Positions 14,367-23,206 of a stretch of DNA of 24,000 bases are shown here, piece by piece (the first letter of the stretch is position 1; each line of letters opens with the position of its first letter). The stretch is taken from positions 9,682 to 33,681 of the forward strand of contig JBDSRF010000195.1 in NCBI GenBank assembly GCA_039929445.1, read 5' to 3'. Source of the DNA: Arachnia sp. (GTDB taxonomy: Bacteria; Actinomycetota; Actinomycetes; Propionibacteriales; Propionibacteriaceae). The notes beneath the pieces are model-generated. The model saw only the letters and a program-made list of their open reading frames with translations. It was not told the origin of the DNA and ran no database searches. The translations under genes and the position numbers were made by a program.

Positions 14367-15074
14367 CTAACCCTCGCCCGAATCGAAGCCGATCGGCGGG
14401 CGGCCGTACTCGATGATTTCTGCCTGGACGTCGGGCCTGTAGTAGCCGGGGGCCACCAAGGCGTCGAATTGCAGCACCTGAACCGGGGAGTCCTTCTTCC
14501 AGTACACCTTCAGGTAAATGGCGGTGCCGTTCTTCACACCCATGCCCAGGCTCTGCTGGCCCTTGCGCCCGTCGGACATGAAGTCCTTGGCCACCCACGC
14601 CGCCATATTTGTGGGCGCGAAGCCAAAACGTTCATCGGCAGTGGCGACGGCGGCATCCGCTGCGTCCAGACCGTCCACCTGCACGAACCATGTGACCGTG
14701 TCGACGAAACTGATGGTTGAGTACGTGGACATTTTGAAGTCGCTTGTCAGGACGGTGAGCGTGTCCTGGGGAAGTTCGAGGATGATCTCCACGGGCTTGT
14801 CAATATCAGTGGCGAGGTACGCGACGTCGTTCTTGTTGGGTGGTAGTCCCACCGACTCCTTCGGCACGGAGGTGGCGCTCAGGTCGAAGCGGCCACCGCC
14901 GTCGGCCTTGATCCTCTCGATCCCGGCCTTGTCCATCATGGACGTGCCGGTGTCCGCGGAACTCCTGACAGAGGGAGTGGGTTGCGAGGGGAATGTCACG
15001 GAACACGACGCCAGGGCTGGGGCACTCATCAGGGCCACGCCCATCAACGCCACACGGCGACGGCTACACCGCAT
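14367..15074 (-). CDS. Hypothetical lipoprotein
   Basis: The signal peptide carries a lipobox: 'MRCSRRRVALMGVALMSAPALASC' (L-A-S-C). The start could be ATG 15074 or GTG 15080, and neither has a clear SD. The gene looks more A/T-rich than its neighbours by eye. Confidence 0.7.
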   Translation of the reverse strand: MRCSRRRVALMGVALMSAPALASCSVTFPSQPTPSVRSSADTGTSMMDKAGIERIKADGGGRFDLSATSVPKESVGLPPNKNDVAYLATDIDKPVEIILELPQDTLTVLTSDFKMSTYSTISFVDTVTWFVQVDGLDAADAAVATADERFGFAPTNMAAWVAKDFMSDGRKGQQSLGMGVKNGTAIYLKVYWKKDSPVQVLQFDALVAPGYYRPDVQAEIIEYGRPPIGFDSGEG

Positions 15075-15330
15075 CGGCACATTTCATATGTGCAGGCTAC
15101 GTGCCGACCGTGATGGGACGCCAACGCCTCTCCCCTCGGCAGGGCTGGCAGATGAGTATCACCGTGTGCCGTGGACGGCTCCACCCTTTCCGACGGACGT
15201 ACAATGGACATACTGGTTATTGAGCCGCTGCTCCGACCTTGCCGCAGGGCAGGTGGCCGGGAGTGCGGGCCGAGGTGCCAGCCGTCAGCTCAACTCTGAA
15301 CTGCATGTGAAGCTGAATCGAGCAACTGCC

Positions 15331-15579
15331 ATGGATGTCGTGATCGTCCTGCTTCTTCTCTTGTCGCCCCTGCTCGCCGTCTGGCTGAGCCGAGCCCGCG
15401 CCCCCCGCGATGGCAGCGATTCCCTTCCACCCCCGGAAGTGCCCACAACATCACCGGAGGCGTCGCACAGCACACACTCCCCTGCCACCAGCCGGGACGG
15501 GCTGACCTGGAGCGCGCTCGATGACTACCAGGTGACCAGACTCCTGAACGACGCCGACCGGCGCACCGACTCCGGTTAG
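15331..15579 (+). CDS. Small N-terminally anchored hypothetical protein (82 aa)
   Basis: C-terminal part of the 353-aa track ORF. ATG 15331 opens a TM helix 'MDVVIVLLLLLSPLLAVWL'. A Pro/Ser/Thr linker follows, then 'GLTWSALDDYQVTRLLNDA'. Third-codon positions are G/C-biased. No clear SD is present. Confidence 0.45.
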   Translation: MDVVIVLLLLLSPLLAVWLSRARAPRDGSDSLPPPEVPTTSPEASHSTHSPATSRDGLTWSALDDYQVTRLLNDADRRTDSG

Positions 15580-15607
15580 GACCACCGGGGCGACACCGGG
15601 CCTGCGC

Positions 15608-16864
15608 TCAGCCGAGGACGGCAGCCGTCGCTGCTGCGATCAGGCGCAGGTTCTGCGGCAGCGCGCCATCGGCGGCCGGGGTCGTCATCGTCAGGATGAC
15701 AGTGTCCAGAGCCGGGTTGTTGACGAACTTGGTGCTGAAGTATCCCTGCCAGCTGTAGGCACCCGGCCCTCCCAGGTAGTGCATCGACCCGGGCTGCGCG
15801 TTGACGCCCTGCTGGATGTCCAGCAGGTAGCCCCACTTGTTCCGGGTGAGCTGCCAGTTGTCCAGCTCACCGATCTGGTTGCTCGTCATCAGCCCCACGG
15901 CGGCGGGGCTGAGTATCCGCTCTCCGCCGAACTCGCCCTTGTTGAGCAGCATCTGGGCGAATTTGAAGTAGTCGTGGGTGGTGCCGTGCAGACCGGCGGC
16001 ACCACTGAAGTAGGTGCGGTGCTCGCTATGGGCACCCTCGGGCCCCAGCTTCAGCGGGCCGACAGCCACGTTCGCCGTCTGCTTCTCGTCGCGTCCGGGC
16101 CAGTAGACCTCGGCCAGGCGGGGACGGTGTTCGTCGGGGATGAAGAACCAGGTCTCGTCCATCCCCAGCGGTTGGAGGATGTTCGCGCGTTGGTAGTCGT
16201 CGTAGCTGGCCCCGGATACCACCTCGACCATCCGGCACAGGGTGTCGACACTGCTGTTGGAGTAGTCGAACATGTCGCCGGGGTCCGCGATCAGCGGGGC
16301 CGCGGCCACCCGTCGGATGTTCTCCTCCAGGGTGAGGTCCGGTGCATTCATGTCGTCACGCACACCCGCCTCGGCATAGAGCCTGGGCACCACCCCGTAG
16401 ACGGGCGGCGTGAAGGCGCCGTCCCACCAGGTGTTCGTCATGCCGGCCGTCATGCTCAGCAGGTGGTGGATGGTGATCTCCCGGGTGGCGTTGCGGAGTT
16501 CGTGGCTGCCGTCGGGGGCGCAGACCGCCACCTGCGGGTTGGCGAACTCGGGCAGGTAGGCCGAGATCGGGTCCGCCAGACCGATCAGCCCACGTTCCCA
16601 CAGTTGGAGGACGGCGACGGCTGCCGGAACCTTGGACATCGACGCCAGCCGGAAGATGGCGTCGGTGGTCATTTCGACGCCATCGTCGGCCTTGCCGGCG
16701 GCTGCGAAGTGGCAGATCTGGCCGTGCCGCGCGACCAGCACCACGTTGCCCTGGTAGGCGTTGTCCTCGATGTGGCGTGCGACCAGGTCGTCCAGGCGGC
16801 GGAACTGCTTGCTGGACATGCCCACCGACTCAGGGCTGACGATCTCGGGGGTGCTGGGGCTCAT
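15608..16864 (-). CDS. Serine hydrolase, beta-lactamase/PBP-like (class C / family VIII esterase type)
   Basis: The S-x-x-K motif is 'ASMSKVPAA' and the Y-x-N motif is 'DYSNSS'. GAGAGG lies upstream of the ATG. There is no signal peptide. It sits 45 nt downstream of the HAD gene on the same strand. Confidence 0.85.
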   Translation of the reverse strand: MSPSTPEIVSPESVGMSSKQFRRLDDLVARHIEDNAYQGNVVLVARHGQICHFAAAGKADDGVEMTTDAIFRLASMSKVPAAVAVLQLWERGLIGLADPISAYLPEFANPQVAVCAPDGSHELRNATREITIHHLLSMTAGMTNTWWDGAFTPPVYGVVPRLYAEAGVRDDMNAPDLTLEENIRRVAAAPLIADPGDMFDYSNSSVDTLCRMVEVVSGASYDDYQRANILQPLGMDETWFFIPDEHRPRLAEVYWPGRDEKQTANVAVGPLKLGPEGAHSEHRTYFSGAAGLHGTTHDYFKFAQMLLNKGEFGGERILSPAAVGLMTSNQIGELDNWQLTRNKWGYLLDIQQGVNAQPGSMHYLGGPGAYSWQGYFSTKFVNNPALDTVILTMTTPAADGALPQNLRLIAAATAAVLG

Positions 16865-16909
16865 CGTGTACCTCTCTGTGCTGGGGCGGACCCGTGCCTT
16901 GGGTGCAAG

Positions 16910-18295
16910 TCAGGGTTGCCGTGCGCCGAAGACGGTGTCCACCTGGTCAGGGATGATGGAACCGTTCGCCCGCCGCACAGGGCCCGGATTGCCGGCGGCG
17001 TCCGTGTAGGCGGTGGTGGAGCAGGGGTAGGTTCCCTCCATCTTCGGCAACGGTTCGATGAACATCGGATTGACGGCCCACCGCTTGTCGGCGTTGTCGT
17101 AGGCCTGGCACATCAGTTCCGCCTTGTTGCGGTTCAGGACGACATGCACGCCCACGGCGTCCAGCACCATCGAGACGTCCGTGGTGGCGTCGCCGCCCGC
17201 GAGGACAGGCCGCAACGACGCCGGCATCGGACGAAGTGCACGTGCACCCTTGACCCCGAGGATGATCTGGTTGATGAAGCAGCGCTTCCCGTCGATGTAG
17301 GGCATGATCGCATCCGATCCGTTCGGCAGACCGCCGCATCCCTTGAGGTGGCCTGTGAGCTTGCCGTTGCGGACCACTTGGCTGACACCGATGGTGTGGG
17401 CGGAATCGACGCCGACCTCAGGCCCCCAGGCATCGGCGAACTCCTTCGGCGAGGCGGAGACAATCCACGGCTCGATACCCGCGAGCTTCAGCGTGCGAAT
17501 CAGATCCTTCATCTCCGGGTAGTAACGCACCCACGCGGTTTGCATACTGGAGCCCACCTGCTGCTTCGCCCCGATCGGGGCGTTCAGCGCCTCGACCCTC
17601 GCCGCTGCGGCGATGGCGCGGGCCTCGGCGGGCGTGTAGCCCTGCATGATCTGTCCCACCCACGCATACATCGCCTCCATGTAGCGCTGGTTCTCGCCGT
17701 AGAACACGTCCTTGCCGTCGGTCGTCTTCTCCGTCTTGCGCACGGACAGGATTTCATCGGCACACCGGACGTTGGTACTGGTGGGCAGGGGCTGACCGGG
17801 CTTGGCCAGAGCGCCGCACGCACGCCGCAGGGCAACGGCTCCCTCGACCGTCATGTAGCGACTGGTGTTGTGCCAGTTGCGGCCGGGCGGTTGCAGGATC
17901 TTGTCGTTGCGGAGCATCCAGAAGATGGTCTGGTCGGAGATGTCGTTCTTGACGACGGTGTTGTCCCAGTCGAATACTGCGTACGGGCGAACCTGCGGCG
18001 GGTTACCGGCCCTCCAGCTGCAACGGCCGTACTTGTCAATGGCGTCCTGGATCAACCGGGCATTGTCGCCGGACCAGTTGGCGGCCAACTGGAGTTGGGG
18101 GCAGCGATCCTTACCGGGTTTGCCCTTGTCACCCTTCAGCGTGGCGCTGTCCGATGGTGCCGCCGTCACCGACGGCGACGTCCCCACAACTGTGCCGTCG
18201 GGGGGTGTGGCCAGGGCCGGGGGGCCGGAGAGACCGGCGAGGGCGAAGGCGAGAGCAAGCGCGGCAAGCCCCCGGGTTCGGTGTGGTGCGACCAT
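16910..18295 (-). CDS. Secreted HAD-superfamily (HAD-IB-like) phosphatase
   Basis: Start trimmed to ATG 18295-18293, preceded by AAGGGAG. The signal peptide is 'MVAPHRTRGLAALALAFALAGLSGPPALA'. HAD motif I is 'FDWDNTVV', motif II is 'IVSASP' and motif IV is 'GGDATTD'. The mature part contains eight Cys. Confidence 0.8.
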   Translation of the reverse strand: MVAPHRTRGLAALALAFALAGLSGPPALATPPDGTVVGTSPSVTAAPSDSATLKGDKGKPGKDRCPQLQLAANWSGDNARLIQDAIDKYGRCSWRAGNPPQVRPYAVFDWDNTVVKNDISDQTIFWMLRNDKILQPPGRNWHNTSRYMTVEGAVALRRACGALAKPGQPLPTSTNVRCADEILSVRKTEKTTDGKDVFYGENQRYMEAMYAWVGQIMQGYTPAEARAIAAAARVEALNAPIGAKQQVGSSMQTAWVRYYPEMKDLIRTLKLAGIEPWIVSASPKEFADAWGPEVGVDSAHTIGVSQVVRNGKLTGHLKGCGGLPNGSDAIMPYIDGKRCFINQIILGVKGARALRPMPASLRPVLAGGDATTDVSMVLDAVGVHVVLNRNKAELMCQAYDNADKRWAVNPMFIEPLPKMEGTYPCSTTAYTDAAGNPGPVRRANGSIIPDQVDTVFGARQP

Positions 18296-18344
18296 TGTTT
18301 TGCTCCCTTGCAGTGACTTGCCTACGGACGCTTCATGCCTTGCA

Positions 18345-19466
18345 TCACGACTTCTTCTGCCATCCCTCGACGGCGGCCACCCCCAGATCGGGGTTGTCGG
18401 TGAAGAACTGGTCCATTCCCGCGTCCAGGAAGACGCGGATCTCACCGATGAGATCACCCGGATCCGCAGGGTTGGTACTGCTCCGGAACTCCAGCGGCAG
18501 GAAATTGTTCTCCCGCCGGAAAGTCCAGCCGACGACGGTCAGTCCGGCGCGGTGGGCGTTCCTGATCACCGCTGTCGGAGCGCCCAGGCTGCCGTCGGCT
18601 CGCCTCGGGATCATCAGGTCTTTGCAGAATGAGACCTGGTCGGCATACATGCTCACGGCCCTCAGCCCCTTGGCGGTGGACATCTTGGCGTAAGTGAGCG
18701 GGACGCCGTTGGCGGTGGCGTCGTAAGGGCCGCCCTGGCAGTCGACGAGCTGGACCAGCCGCACCCTGGTCATCCAGCTCAGCCGAATCAGGTTGCTGAC
18801 CTCGAAGCTCTGGATCACGACGGGATCGTGACGGCTGGTCAGCCCGAACTTCTTCAACATGGCCACGGTCTTTCGCTCCATGTCGAAGCCACGTTGCCGA
18901 AAGTACGTGGAGTGCTTGATCTCGGGGATGACGCCGAGCCTTTTTCCGGAGCATGCCCGCGAGTTCACCGTCAGTTTCAGCACCTCCTCGAAGGTGGGCA
19001 CCTGGTACAGACCGTCATAGGCGGTGTTCTGCGGACGCAGTTCCGGTAGCCGTTCGACGGCGCGGAGGGTTTTGAGCTCGGCGAGAGTGAAGTCCTCCGC
19101 GAACCAGCCGGTCACCGGCTTGCCGTCGAGGTTTTTGGTGGTCCTGCGGTTGGCGAACTCGGCCCGGGACGAGACGTCGGTGGTGCCACCGATCTCCGGC
19201 TCGTGCCTGTCCACGAGGACCCCGTCGCTGGTGACCACCAGGTCGGGCTCAATGTAGTCAGCGCACTGCTCGATGGCGAGCTTGTAGGCGGCGATCGTGT
19301 GTTCCGGGCGGTAGCCCGATGCGCCGCGGTGCGCGATCACCACTGGGGCGGCGTCCCGGTCGTGGTGACGGGGGTCGGGCCCGTGAGCCAGGCTCGGGGT
19401 GGCGCCGGTCACGGCGAGAAGAAGGGCAACGGAGATCGCGGCGACGGATCTGGGGATGGTTTTCAT
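18345..19466 (-). CDS. glpQ: Secreted glycerophosphodiester phosphodiesterase
   Basis: Start trimmed to ATG 19466-19464, preceded by GAGAGGAGA. The signal peptide is 'MKTIPRSVAAISVALLLAVTGATPSLA'. The GDPD motif 'VIAHRGASGYRPEHT' and 'EPDLV' are present. Confidence 0.88.
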   Translation of the reverse strand: MKTIPRSVAAISVALLLAVTGATPSLAHGPDPRHHDRDAAPVVIAHRGASGYRPEHTIAAYKLAIEQCADYIEPDLVVTSDGVLVDRHEPEIGGTTDVSSRAEFANRRTTKNLDGKPVTGWFAEDFTLAELKTLRAVERLPELRPQNTAYDGLYQVPTFEEVLKLTVNSRACSGKRLGVIPEIKHSTYFRQRGFDMERKTVAMLKKFGLTSRHDPVVIQSFEVSNLIRLSWMTRVRLVQLVDCQGGPYDATANGVPLTYAKMSTAKGLRAVSMYADQVSFCKDLMIPRRADGSLGAPTAVIRNAHRAGLTVVGWTFRRENNFLPLEFRSSTNPADPGDLIGEIRVFLDAGMDQFFTDNPDLGVAAVEGWQKKS

Positions 19467-19572
19467 GCCAGTGTCTCCTCTCTGAGACCAGTACCCACTC
19501 CCCCGGGGGGACGGGGAGGAGGGCACCGCAGGACTGCCCATCCTAGAAAGGGAAAGCGTCAATGTCGATGCT

Positions 19573-19600
19573 CAAAAGTTGATTCCAAAGTCAACTTGTG
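19573..19600. promoter_or_regulatory. A/T-rich imperfect inverted repeat CAAAAGTTGA-N8-TCAACTTGTG upstream of glpQ
   Basis: The arms match at 9 of 10 positions. Only 10 of the 28 nt are G or C, in an otherwise very GC-rich region. It lies 107-134 nt upstream of the glpQ ATG. On the minus strand it contains TTGACT. Confidence 0.35.
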
Positions 19601-19758
19601 CAGCAAACGGAACCCGGTGCTCACTCTGACGGGCGCAGCAGGATGCTTCCGACCCGGGCGATGCCCACATGACCCGAGCCAGAGTTCCCGCCACTGCGTT
19701 CCGATACCCGAGATCTGTGTCGAATCCCGGAACTCAGCGCCGACTCCCCCAAGGCAAA

Positions 19759-19782
19759 GGCCCAGGGCCAAGGCCCTGGGCC
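19759..19782 (-). terminator. Candidate intrinsic terminator downstream of glpF
   Basis: GGCCCAGGGCC-AA-GGCCCTGGGCC has exact reverse-complement arms, giving roughly a 9-bp GC stem and 6-nt loop as RNA. It starts 43 nt after the glpF stop. On the minus strand it is followed by TTTGCCTT. Confidence 0.5.
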
Positions 19783-19824
19783 CCACCGTGACAGCTGGAA
19801 CCAACGAGCTGGCGCCGGGGACAA

Positions 19825-20850
19825 TCACTCAAAGTGTTGCCCCCGTCGCCCTCCCGCCTCGGGAGCCAAGTCATCACCGCGCGTACCCGTGAGCGGGGTG
19901 ACGCCCTCGGGCTCGCCCGGACCCGGGGGAACCTCGTCGACGTAGGTCGCCTCTGGAACCGGACCTCCACCCGCCCTGGCGATCAGGACGTCACTGATGA
20001 ACAGGTCGTAGATGAGGATGCCGATCACGCCGCCGATGAGGGGGCCCACGATGGGGATCCAGAAGTAGTTGCTGAACCACGCCCCGTTTCCCGGCATGGC
20101 CAGATCTCCCCAACCTGCAACCCATGCCAGCAGCCGCGGGCCAAGATCACGAGCAGGGTTGATCGCGTATCCGGCGTTGGCTCCGAACGACATACCAATG
20201 GCGGCCACGGAGAATCCGATGATGAGGGGGCCCAAATTCGCCATCGCCGCCTTGTTCCGGAGATCGACAACCGCTGCGATACACAGCAGAAGGAGGGCTG
20301 TGCCAACAATTTGGTCAATCAGTGGTCCCCAGATGCCCCCGTTGAAATATGGGGCCGGGAACGTCGCGAAGATCGAGAAGGTCGCGATGTTGTGCCCCGC
20401 CGGTTTGCTCGCATCCTCGAATGCCTTGATCGCATCTTTGTAGACAAGAAGAACAAGGGCTGCTCCGACGAAGGCGCCCACGATCTGGGAGATCCAGTAC
20501 GGAACGACGCTGCGCCACGGAAATCTGCGACGGACCGCAAAGGCCAGGGTGACCGCCGGATTGAGGTGCGCTCCGCTGATCCCACCAGCGATGTACACGC
20601 CGAAGGTCACTGCAAATGCCCAGCCCCAACCGATCAGGAGCCAGTCCCCCGCTCCGAGGAAGAACGTGGTGGGGCCCTCGGTGCGCCCCGACCCGGGGAG
20701 CGCGACAACCGTCATCGCCACGCTTCCCAAACCAAACATGAGAAGAACAAAAGTTCCGAGGAATTCCGCGAGGCATTCGCCCCACAGTCCACCTCTCGCT
20801 TTGAGACCGCTACCGCCCCCGCGTACGAGCGGGGGAATTTCTTCTGACAT
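19825..20850 (-). CDS. glpF: MIP-family glycerol uptake facilitator (aquaglyceroporin)
   Basis: Start trimmed to ATG 20850-20848, with GGGAGG 5-6 nt upstream. Two NPA boxes are 'GAHLNPAVT' and 'YAINPARD'. Six hydrophobic helices are followed by a Pro-rich C-terminal tail of about 50 aa. Confidence 0.9.
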   Translation of the reverse strand: MSEEIPPLVRGGGSGLKARGGLWGECLAEFLGTFVLLMFGLGSVAMTVVALPGSGRTEGPTTFFLGAGDWLLIGWGWAFAVTFGVYIAGGISGAHLNPAVTLAFAVRRRFPWRSVVPYWISQIVGAFVGAALVLLVYKDAIKAFEDASKPAGHNIATFSIFATFPAPYFNGGIWGPLIDQIVGTALLLLCIAAVVDLRNKAAMANLGPLIIGFSVAAIGMSFGANAGYAINPARDLGPRLLAWVAGWGDLAMPGNGAWFSNYFWIPIVGPLIGGVIGILIYDLFISDVLIARAGGGPVPEATYVDEVPPGPGEPEGVTPLTGTRGDDLAPEAGGRRGQHFE

Positions 20851-21204
20851 ACCAACCTCCCATGACAAGTCCATGCCCTTGGATCGGCCCAGGAGTCAGC
20901 TTTGACAATCAAGGTCCAAAGGAAAGGCCCCACCACCCGCAGGCACGGAATACAGAGAATATGTTTGTGAGATATTAGGCTACTGCTACCACTGCCGTTC
21001 CGCAATCGTTTCAGGGGGCGAGAACGAGTGAATTGTTGACGCGCAGGCAGGTTGCCCAATGCTCACGGCGTGGCTCGAACATCCGCTCCTCCCTTCACGG
21101 GTCCCGCCGCGGCAGCAGCGCAGTCCGGCTAGGCTTGCCGTCAAAGCGTCAGGGCCTGTGAGAGTCCCATGGCAGGCCCGAGGCCTGTGGGCAAAGGAGC
21201 CACC

Positions 21205-23154
21205 GTGAGCATTGACGAGAGGCACACCGACGAACGCGTCGACGAGAAGGTCGCACGCCGGGTGGCGGAGGCGGCCCGCGAGCAGGGGTGGGATCGTCCC
21301 AGCTTCGCCAAGGGCCTCTACATGGGGAAGTTCGACTGGGACCTGATCCATCCACACCCGCAACCGGACCCCGATGCCGCCGCGCGCGGTGCCGCATTCA
21401 TGGCCAAGCTCCGTGAGGCCGTCACCCACATCGATCCGGCCATCATCGAGCGCGAGGCCCGCGTCCCCGACGACGTCATCCGGGTACTGCGGGACGTGGG
21501 TGCGTTCGGCATGAAGATTCCGCTGGAGTACGGGGGCCTCGGTCTCAACCTGGCCGACTACGGCCGCGCCCTGGTGCTGGTGGGCTCGGTGAGCCCCAGC
21601 CTGGGCGCGCTACTGTCCGCCCACCAGTCCATCGGCGTGCCCGAGCCGGTGAAGATGTTCGGCACCGACGAACAGCAGCGCACCTGGCTGCCCCGCTGCG
21701 CCGCCGGCGCCATTTCAGCCTTCCTGCTCACCGAGAACGACGTCGGTTCGGACCCGGCGCGTCTGGCGACGACGGCCACACCGTCGGAGGACGGGAAAAG
21801 CTACATCCTCAACGGCTCCAAGCTGTGGACCACCAACGGGGTGGTCGCGGAGTTGCTGGTGGTGATGGCCGCCGTCCCCGCCCACCCACTGCCTGATGGC
21901 ACCACCTCACGCGGCGGGATCAGCGCATTCGTGGTGGAGGCGAACTCCCCCGGGATCGTGGTCGAGCATCGCAACGCCTTCATGGGTCTGCGTGGGATCG
22001 AGAACGGCGTCACCCGATTCCGCGACGTGGAGGTCCCCGCCGAGAACCGTCTGGGCAAGGAGGGGGCCGGCCTGAAGATTGCGCTCAGCACCCTGAACAC
22101 CGGCCGTCTGTCCATCCCCGCGTTGTGCGTCGGTGCCGGCAAGTGGTCCCTGAAGATTGCCCGCGAGTGGTCCAACGTCCGGGTCCAGTGGGGGAAACCC
22201 GTCGGCGAGCACGAGGCGGTCGGCAAGAAGATCGCCTACATAGCGGCCAGCACCTTTGCACTGGAGGCGGTCTTCGAACTCTCGGCGGCCCTGGCTGATG
22301 CCGGAATGAAGGATGTGCGGATCGAGGCCGCCCTGGCGAAGCTCTTCGCCTCCGAGGTCGCCTCCACCATCGCCGACGAACTGCTGCAGATCCGCGGCGG
22401 CCGCGGCTACGAAACCGCAGCCTCGCAGCACGCCCGCGGTGAGCGTGCAGTCCCCGTGGAACAACTGCTGAGGGACCTGCGCATCAACCGCATCTTCGAG
22501 GGATCATCCGAGATCATGCACCTCCTCATCGCCCGCGAGGCCGTCGACGCCCACCTGAAGGCCGCCGGTGACCTGGCCAACAAGGATGCTGACCTGTCCG
22601 CCAAGGCAAAGGCGGCCATGGGCGCCTCCGGCTTCTACGCGAAATGGTTGCCCACCCTTGCGGTGGGTTCGGGCCTGTTGCCCAACGCCTATTCCGACCA
22701 TGGCCGACTGGCCAAGAACCTGCGCTACATCGAGAGGTCCTCCCGCCGCCTGGCCCGGCACACCTTCGCCGGCATGGCCACCTGGCAGGCAGGGCTCGAG
22801 AACCACCAGGCATTCCTGGGCCGCATCGTTGATCTGGGAGCCGAACTGTTCGCCATGGCCGCCTGCATCTCCCGGGTCGAGCTCATGCGGACGCAGGACC
22901 CTGCCAACGCCGCGTCCGCCGAGCTCCTGGCCCTCGCGTTCTGCGCACAGTCCGAGCATCGCTGCGAGGCCCTGTTCAGGGATCTGTGGGCCAACAGCGA
23001 CCGGACGGATCGGAAACTGTCACGCAAGGTGCTTGCCGGGGACTTCACGTGGCTGGAATCCGGGATCGTCGACACGTCCGAGGGCACGGGCGAGTGGATT
23101 GCGCCATGGTCCACCGAGCCGATGGGCGACGAGCGCCAGCCGTACGGTCCGTGA
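21205..23154 (+). CDS. Long acyl-CoA dehydrogenase family protein (about 650 aa, with C-terminal extension)
   Basis: GTG 21205 lies 5 nt after AAGGAG, though the track start 21169 is also possible. ACAD motifs are 'AFLLTENDVGSDPA', 'ILNGSKLWTTNG' and 'RGGRGYE...RINRIFEGSSEIM'. Confidence 0.88.
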   Translation: MSIDERHTDERVDEKVARRVAEAAREQGWDRPSFAKGLYMGKFDWDLIHPHPQPDPDAAARGAAFMAKLREAVTHIDPAIIEREARVPDDVIRVLRDVGAFGMKIPLEYGGLGLNLADYGRALVLVGSVSPSLGALLSAHQSIGVPEPVKMFGTDEQQRTWLPRCAAGAISAFLLTENDVGSDPARLATTATPSEDGKSYILNGSKLWTTNGVVAELLVVMAAVPAHPLPDGTTSRGGISAFVVEANSPGIVVEHRNAFMGLRGIENGVTRFRDVEVPAENRLGKEGAGLKIALSTLNTGRLSIPALCVGAGKWSLKIAREWSNVRVQWGKPVGEHEAVGKKIAYIAASTFALEAVFELSAALADAGMKDVRIEAALAKLFASEVASTIADELLQIRGGRGYETAASQHARGERAVPVEQLLRDLRINRIFEGSSEIMHLLIAREAVDAHLKAAGDLANKDADLSAKAKAAMGASGFYAKWLPTLAVGSGLLPNAYSDHGRLAKNLRYIERSSRRLARHTFAGMATWQAGLENHQAFLGRIVDLGAELFAMAACISRVELMRTQDPANAASAELLALAFCAQSEHRCEALFRDLWANSDRTDRKLSRKVLAGDFTWLESGIVDTSEGTGEWIAPWSTEPMGDERQPYGP

Positions 23155-23206
23155 CAGGGGCGACGCCGCTGGCCCACCGCGGCACCCCGGCTGGCATCAT
23201 CGTGGG

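Noticed and set aside
15779-18316. 845-aa plus-strand ORF
   Set aside because: It spans the antisense of two separate, well-supported minus-strand genes (the serine hydrolase and the HAD phosphatase). Its composition is typical of high-GC shadow frames.
19834-20847. 337-aa plus-strand ORF
   Set aside because: It is a shadow opposite glpF, which has two NPA boxes and six TM helices on the minus strand.
21072-21084. GGCTCGAACATCC, resembling a tRNA T-arm/T-loop (GGTTCGAATCC)
   Set aside because: The flanking bases do not form a T-stem (GTGGC versus TCCGC). I could not fold an acceptor stem or an anticodon arm around it.
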